Source: Acidimicrobiia bacterium (GTDB lineage: Bacteria; Actinomycetota; Acidimicrobiia; Spongiisociales; ZC4RG35). Taken from it: a stretch of DNA of 59,394 bases. Location: assembly GCA_035250025.1 (NCBI GenBank), contig DATFFO010000082.1, positions 1 through 59,394 on the forward strand. Reading direction: 5' to 3'. Position numbers and translations under genes: made by a program. The notes beneath the pieces were generated by a model, which did not search any database, was not told the DNA's origin, and worked only from the letters and a program-made list of their open reading frames with translations. Below are positions 55,416 to 59,394 of the stretch, one piece after another (position 1 is the first letter of the stretch; the number at the start of each line of letters is the position of its first letter).

Positions 55416-58004
55416 ATGACCATCGCTTCCAAGCTCGAGGTTTTCCCCGTGTCCGACAATCCCCATCGGCTTCCCCGTACGGTCATTCCCAGGAGCTATC
55501 GCCTGCGTCTCGAGCCCGATTTGAGCTCGTTCACGTTTGCGGGGAGCGAGACCATCGACGTGACGGTGGAGACGACCGTGAGCGAGATCTCCCTGAATGC
55601 CGCCGAGCTCGAGATCGTCTCCGCCCAGATCACCGATGGGACCACCACCATCGGCGCCTCTCCCCGGTACGACGCCGACCTCGAGCGGGTGTCCCTGGCC
55701 CTGGAGACCGAGGCAGGTCCCGGCAGCTGGGAGCTCCGTATCGACTTCACGGGCACCCTCAACGACCAGCTGCGCGGGTTCTATCGCTCGCGGTTCACCG
55801 ACGTCGACGGGAACGAGCAGGTCATCGCCACGACGCAGTTCGAGTCCACCGATGCCCGTCGTGCTTTTCCATGCTGGGACGAGCCGGACTTCAAGGCGAC
55901 CTTCCAGACCACATTGGTCATCCCCTCGGACCTGACGGCGATCACGAATACCCGCGAGACGGGGAGGGACGCTCTGGCCGACGGGCGCGTGGCCATCAGC
56001 TTCGCCGAGACCATGAAGATGTCGACCTATCTAGTCGCATTCGTGGTCGGGCCCTTCGAGGCCACCCCCGTCATGGATGTGGACGGGATCCCAACCCGGG
56101 TCATCTCCCCCCGGGGAAAGCTCCACCTGGCCGATTACGCCCTCGACTGCGCCCAGTTCTGCTTCCGCTACCTGCGCGACTACTATAGGATCCCGTATCC
56201 GGGCGACAAGCTCGACCACGTAGCCATCCCTGATTTCGCCTTCGGGGCCATGGAAAATGTCGGCGCCATCACCTACCGGGAGACGGCGCTCTTGATAGAG
56301 CCCGCCGAAGCCTCGCAGGCCGAAAAATTGCGGATCCTCGACGTGATCGGCCACGAGATCGCCCACCAGTGGTTCGGCAACCTGGTGACGATGGGTTGGT
56401 GGGAAGGGATCTGGCTGAACGAGGCGTTCGCCAGCTTCATGGAGATGAAGGCAACCGACGCCAGACGGCCCGAGTGGAAGCGCTGGCTGGCCTTCAACGC
56501 CGTAGAACGTCCGTGGGCGATGGAGGTCGACCACCTCACCACTACCCGGCCCGTCGAGTTCGAGGTGAGGTCCCCCGAGGAAGCCGACCAGATGTTCGAC
56601 GCCCTCACATACGGCAAGGGTTCGTCGGTCTTGCGCATGATCGAGCAGTTCATCGGCGAGGACGAGTTCCGCGAGGGAGTGGGGAACTACCTGCGCCGCC
56701 ATGCCTACGACAACACCGTCACCGCCGACCTGTGGGCCGGCCTCGACGGGGCCTCGGATTGGCCGGTCGGCGAGATCATGGACACCTGGATCCTCCAGGG
56801 CGGCTATCCCCAGATCGACGCCGCCTTGGCCGATGGGACGCTCAGACTCTCCCAGCGCCGCTTCCTCGCCATCCCCGACGAGACCGACCAGACCTTGTGG
56901 AAGATCCCGCTCCAGCTCCGAGGCGTGGCCGGGGGTGCCCCCTTCGAGCGCAAGCTGCTGCTCGACTCGGCCGAGACCGAGGTCGAACTCGGCTCGAACG
57001 TCGAGTGGGTAACGGCTAACGCCGGCGGCTCGGGCTTCTATCGCGTCCTCTACTCGGATTCACTTCTCGACGGCCTCATCGAGAATCTCGGCTCCCTCGG
57101 GCCCAACGAGCGCTACGTGCTCCTCTACGACGCTCTCGCCTTTGCCCAGACCGGCCAGGCCGAGATGGGATCGGTGCTGGAACTGCTCAGCGCCTTCTCC
57201 ACCGAGTCCGAACAGGCGATCTGGCAGCTCGTGTTCCGGGTCCTCGGGTGGGTGGACCACCACCTCGTCGCCGATGCCGACCGCGACGCCTTCGCCGCCT
57301 TCACCCAGAAGGTCGTGGCTCCGCTACTCGAGCGTCTCGGGAGCAGCGCCGTCGCCGCCGACTCGGACCTCGTCCGCCGGCTACGGGGCCAGGCCCTGGC
57401 CGTCATGGGAGGTCTCGGGCAGGATCCCGAGACGATCCAATGGGCACGAGAAGCGGTCGTCGACTACCTGGAGAACGGGACGGCCCCCGACGCCGAGCTC
57501 CTGACTGCCGCCCTCGGGGTCGTCGCCTCCACGGGCGAGGCCGACATGCATGCCCGCTTCCTGGATCGCTACGAGACCTCGGACAACCCCCAGGAGCAAT
57601 TGCGGTTCCTCCGGGCTCTCACCGCTTTCGACAACCAGGACCTGGGCCGGGAAACCATCGCAGCCACGTACGACGGTCGGATCCGCAACCAGGACGGGTC
57701 CTGGGTCCAGGCTTCGCTCATGTCCAACCGGGATGCCGGCGCCGACCTCTGGGCCGAGATCCGGCGTCGCTGGGACGAGGCGATGAAGATGTTCCCGCCG
57801 ATGACATTCCGCCGGTTGATGGAGGGCCTCCCCGCCCTCTCCCAGCCCCAGGTAGCCGCCGACGTGAAGGCCTTCTTCGCCGAGACTCCCGTCCCGCAAG
57901 CCAACAAGGCGATGGCTCAGAACATCGAGCTGATGGAGGCGAACGTGGCCGCCCGCCAGCGCGAGAGCGAGGCCGTCGGAGAATGGCTCCGGACGAAGAC
58001 CTGA
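55416..58004 (+). CDS. pepN: aminopeptidase N (M1 family)
   Basis: GAMEN exopeptidase motif and the zinc site HEIAHQWFGNLV...WLNEAFA. Confidence 0.94.
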   Translation: MTIASKLEVFPVSDNPHRLPRTVIPRSYRLRLEPDLSSFTFAGSETIDVTVETTVSEISLNAAELEIVSAQITDGTTTIGASPRYDADLERVSLALETEAGPGSWELRIDFTGTLNDQLRGFYRSRFTDVDGNEQVIATTQFESTDARRAFPCWDEPDFKATFQTTLVIPSDLTAITNTRETGRDALADGRVAISFAETMKMSTYLVAFVVGPFEATPVMDVDGIPTRVISPRGKLHLADYALDCAQFCFRYLRDYYRIPYPGDKLDHVAIPDFAFGAMENVGAITYRETALLIEPAEASQAEKLRILDVIGHEIAHQWFGNLVTMGWWEGIWLNEAFASFMEMKATDARRPEWKRWLAFNAVERPWAMEVDHLTTTRPVEFEVRSPEEADQMFDALTYGKGSSVLRMIEQFIGEDEFREGVGNYLRRHAYDNTVTADLWAGLDGASDWPVGEIMDTWILQGGYPQIDAALADGTLRLSQRRFLAIPDETDQTLWKIPLQLRGVAGGAPFERKLLLDSAETEVELGSNVEWVTANAGGSGFYRVLYSDSLLDGLIENLGSLGPNERYVLLYDALAFAQTGQAEMGSVLELLSAFSTESEQAIWQLVFRVLGWVDHHLVADADRDAFAAFTQKVVAPLLERLGSSAVAADSDLVRRLRGQALAVMGGLGQDPETIQWAREAVVDYLENGTAPDAELLTAALGVVASTGEADMHARFLDRYETSDNPQEQLRFLRALTAFDNQDLGRETIAATYDGRIRNQDGSWVQASLMSNRDAGADLWAEIRRRWDEAMKMFPPMTFRRLMEGLPALSQPQVAADVKAFFAETPVPQANKAMAQNIELMEANVAARQRESEAVGEWLRTKT

Positions 58005-58633
58005 CCGCCGACCCGTACGCCGCCCGTCGCCACGCGATGGTGGAACGGGACATCCGGCGCCGCGGAGTGAACGACGGCGAGGTGCTCGAGGCGATGCGGC
58101 GGGTGCCGCGTCACCTCTTCGTCCCTCCCGAGATGAGGGCGACCGCCTATTCGGACCGTGCCCTCCCGATCGGAGGCCGTCAGACCATCTCGCAGCCCTA
58201 CATCGTGGCCCGCATGGTCGAACTCGCTCGGGTTGGGCCTGAGGACCGGGTGCTCGACGTGGGCACCGGCTCCGGATACGCCGCCGCCGTGCTTGCCGAG
58301 ATCGCTTCCGAAGTCGTGACCGTGGAAGTGCGCCCCGATCTGGCCGCACAAGCCAAGGACCGGCTCATCGAACTCGGCTACGACAACGTCGTCTGCCACC
58401 GGGGCGATGCCGCCGCCCTGGACCTGGGCCGCTTCGATGCCATCCTCGTCGCCGCCGCCACCCGCCACACGCCCCCCGGGTTGGAAAAGCAGCTGGCCGA
58501 CGGAGGCCGGCTCGTCATCCCCCTCGGCAGCCGACCCTCCCAGCGTCTGTGGGTCATCGAGCGCCGTGGCGACGAGTTCGTCCGTGAGCCCCACGAGGCG
58601 GTGGCGTTCGTGCCGCTCATCAGCGAAAGCTGA
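57983..58633 (+). CDS. pcm: protein-L-isoaspartate O-methyltransferase
   Basis: ATG 57983 (22-nt overlap with pepN). Motifs are TISQPYIVARM and LDVGTGSGYAAAVLA. Confidence 0.9.
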   Translation: MAPDEDLTADPYAARRHAMVERDIRRRGVNDGEVLEAMRRVPRHLFVPPEMRATAYSDRALPIGGRQTISQPYIVARMVELARVGPEDRVLDVGTGSGYAAAVLAEIASEVVTVEVRPDLAAQAKDRLIELGYDNVVCHRGDAAALDLGRFDAILVAAATRHTPPGLEKQLADGGRLVIPLGSRPSQRLWVIERRGDEFVREPHEAVAFVPLISES

Positions 58634-58639
58634 AGCGCG

Positions 58640-58866
58640 GTCCTGCCACCGGAGCGAAGCGCAGGTGGGAGGTAGGGGGGTGCCCCGAAGGGGCAGGGCG
58701 AACCCGTCGCGAACCTCTCCCTACAGGCAATCCTGTTGGGAGCGATTGCCCCCTACCCCACCGGCTCCGCTGACGCTCCGCCGGCGGGGACCCCTTTCCC
58801 CTTCGCTGCGCTCAGGGGGACAAACTGAGCGCTCAGGGGGACAAACTCAGCGCTCAGGGGACAAGG
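58640..58866 (+). repeat. Family-1 repeat, 5'-truncated left arm, core, right arm with triplicated CTCAGGGG(G)ACAA(A/G) tail
   Basis: TCCTGCCACCGGAGCGAAGCGCAGGTGGGAGGTAGGGGGG ... CCCCCTACCCCACCGGCTCCGCTG ... CTCAGGGGGACAAAC occurs twice, followed by a degenerate third unit. Confidence 0.85.
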
Positions 58867-58867
58867 C

Positions 58868-59242
58868 TCAGGGTGGGGGGCGTTCGGTGGAGGCCAGGGA
58901 GGCCAGGACGCCGTTCACGAATGACCCCGATCGTTGTGTCGAGTAGGTCTTGGCCAAACGCACGGCCTCATTGACGATCACGGCGGCCGGTGTATCGCGT
59001 TCGTGGCGGAGCTCGTACAGCCCGAGACGCAGGATGGCCCGGTCGACGACGGGCATTCGATCCACCGTCCAGTGCTCGCTGGCCGATTCGATCGACGGGT
59101 CGAGTTCTGCCGTCCGAGCGATCACGCCCTCCACCAGTCGTCTGGCCTTGGCGGGCAGGCCCTCCAGCGGCCCGGCCTCGCCGCTGCGATCCAACTGATA
59201 GAGCGTCTGGAGGGCCAGGTCCCGGGGCTCGAGGCCCGTCAC
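58868..59242 (-). CDS. nusB: transcription antitermination factor NusB
   Basis: 124 aa with a GTG start overlapping the efp stop (GTGA). Motifs are [29 protein letters not shown] and FVNGVL. Confidence 0.9.
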   Translation of the reverse strand: MTGLEPRDLALQTLYQLDRSGEAGPLEGLPAKARRLVEGVIARTAELDPSIESASEHWTVDRMPVVDRAILRLGLYELRHERDTPAAVIVNEAVRLAKTYSTQRSGSFVNGVLASLASTERPPP

Positions 59243-59394
59243 ACCCGAGTGAGATACTCGCCGGAGCGGGTATCCACCTTGACGCGGTCACCCTGTTCCA
59301 CGAACAAGGGCGCCTGGACCACGAGGCCCGTCTCGAGTGTTATGGGCTTGGTGGCCCCGGTCCGAGTGTCGCCCTTGGCGCCCGGTTCGGCGTA
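59239..59394 (-). CDS. efp: elongation factor P, C-terminal fragment (gene continues beyond the window)
   Basis: The minus-strand reading ...[51 protein letters not shown] matches the EF-P C-terminus. Confidence 0.87.
   Translation of the reverse strand, partial: YAEPGAKGDTRTGATKPITLETGLVVQAPLFVEQGDRVKVDTRSGEYLTRV

Noticed and set aside
58810-58866. Short tandem CTCAGGGGGACAAA(C) units (also at 2286-2315 and 16306-16335), considered as a possible mini-CRISPR or other array.
   Set aside because: The units are 14-17 nt and directly abutting or separated by a few nt. There are no unique spacers of uniform length and no cas genes. They are the variable tail of the family-1 repeat.

Overview
This is a very GC-rich, gene-dense chromosomal segment with actinobacterial hallmarks. 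These include a leuC-leuD-hup neighbourhood, a Kgd-type 2-oxoglutarate dehydrogenase with a fused E2-like domain, and a Nudix-histidine-phosphatase (MutT1-like) fusion. They also include an ACT-ACT-SerB, a polyphosphate glucokinase, an MMPL transporter and an RskA-type anti-sigma factor. I can support about 50 CDSs, mostly housekeeping metabolism, transport and transcription factors. I recognised no rRNA, tRNA, CRISPR array, transposase, integrase or phage genes. Many long ORFs in the six-frame track are antisense or off-frame artefacts of the GC content. Five things are not explained by ordinary core annotation. (1) A divergently transcribed pair of predicted intracellular proteases, a TPR-CHAT caspase-like protein and a signal-less S8 subtilase, has no recognisable partner system; this is my best candidate for an undescribed module. 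(2) A dense family of about 230-nt composite palindromic (MITE/REP-like) repeats occurs at six loci. One locus carries a 90-bp near-perfect tandem duplication, and several copies supply the 3' ends of neighbouring genes. (3) A second, unrelated repeat family is built from 22-nt units and ACGGAAG heptads. (4) There are unusual domain architectures: a ClpX zinc-finger fused to an amidohydrolase, a roughly 800-aa YjgR/HerA-like ATPase with a coiled-coil tail, and a fused orphan E1 alpha/beta. (5) An untranslated 240-nt stretch ends in a textbook intrinsic terminator and may be an sRNA or a long 3' UTR. All functional calls come from motif recognition by eye; no database search was run.
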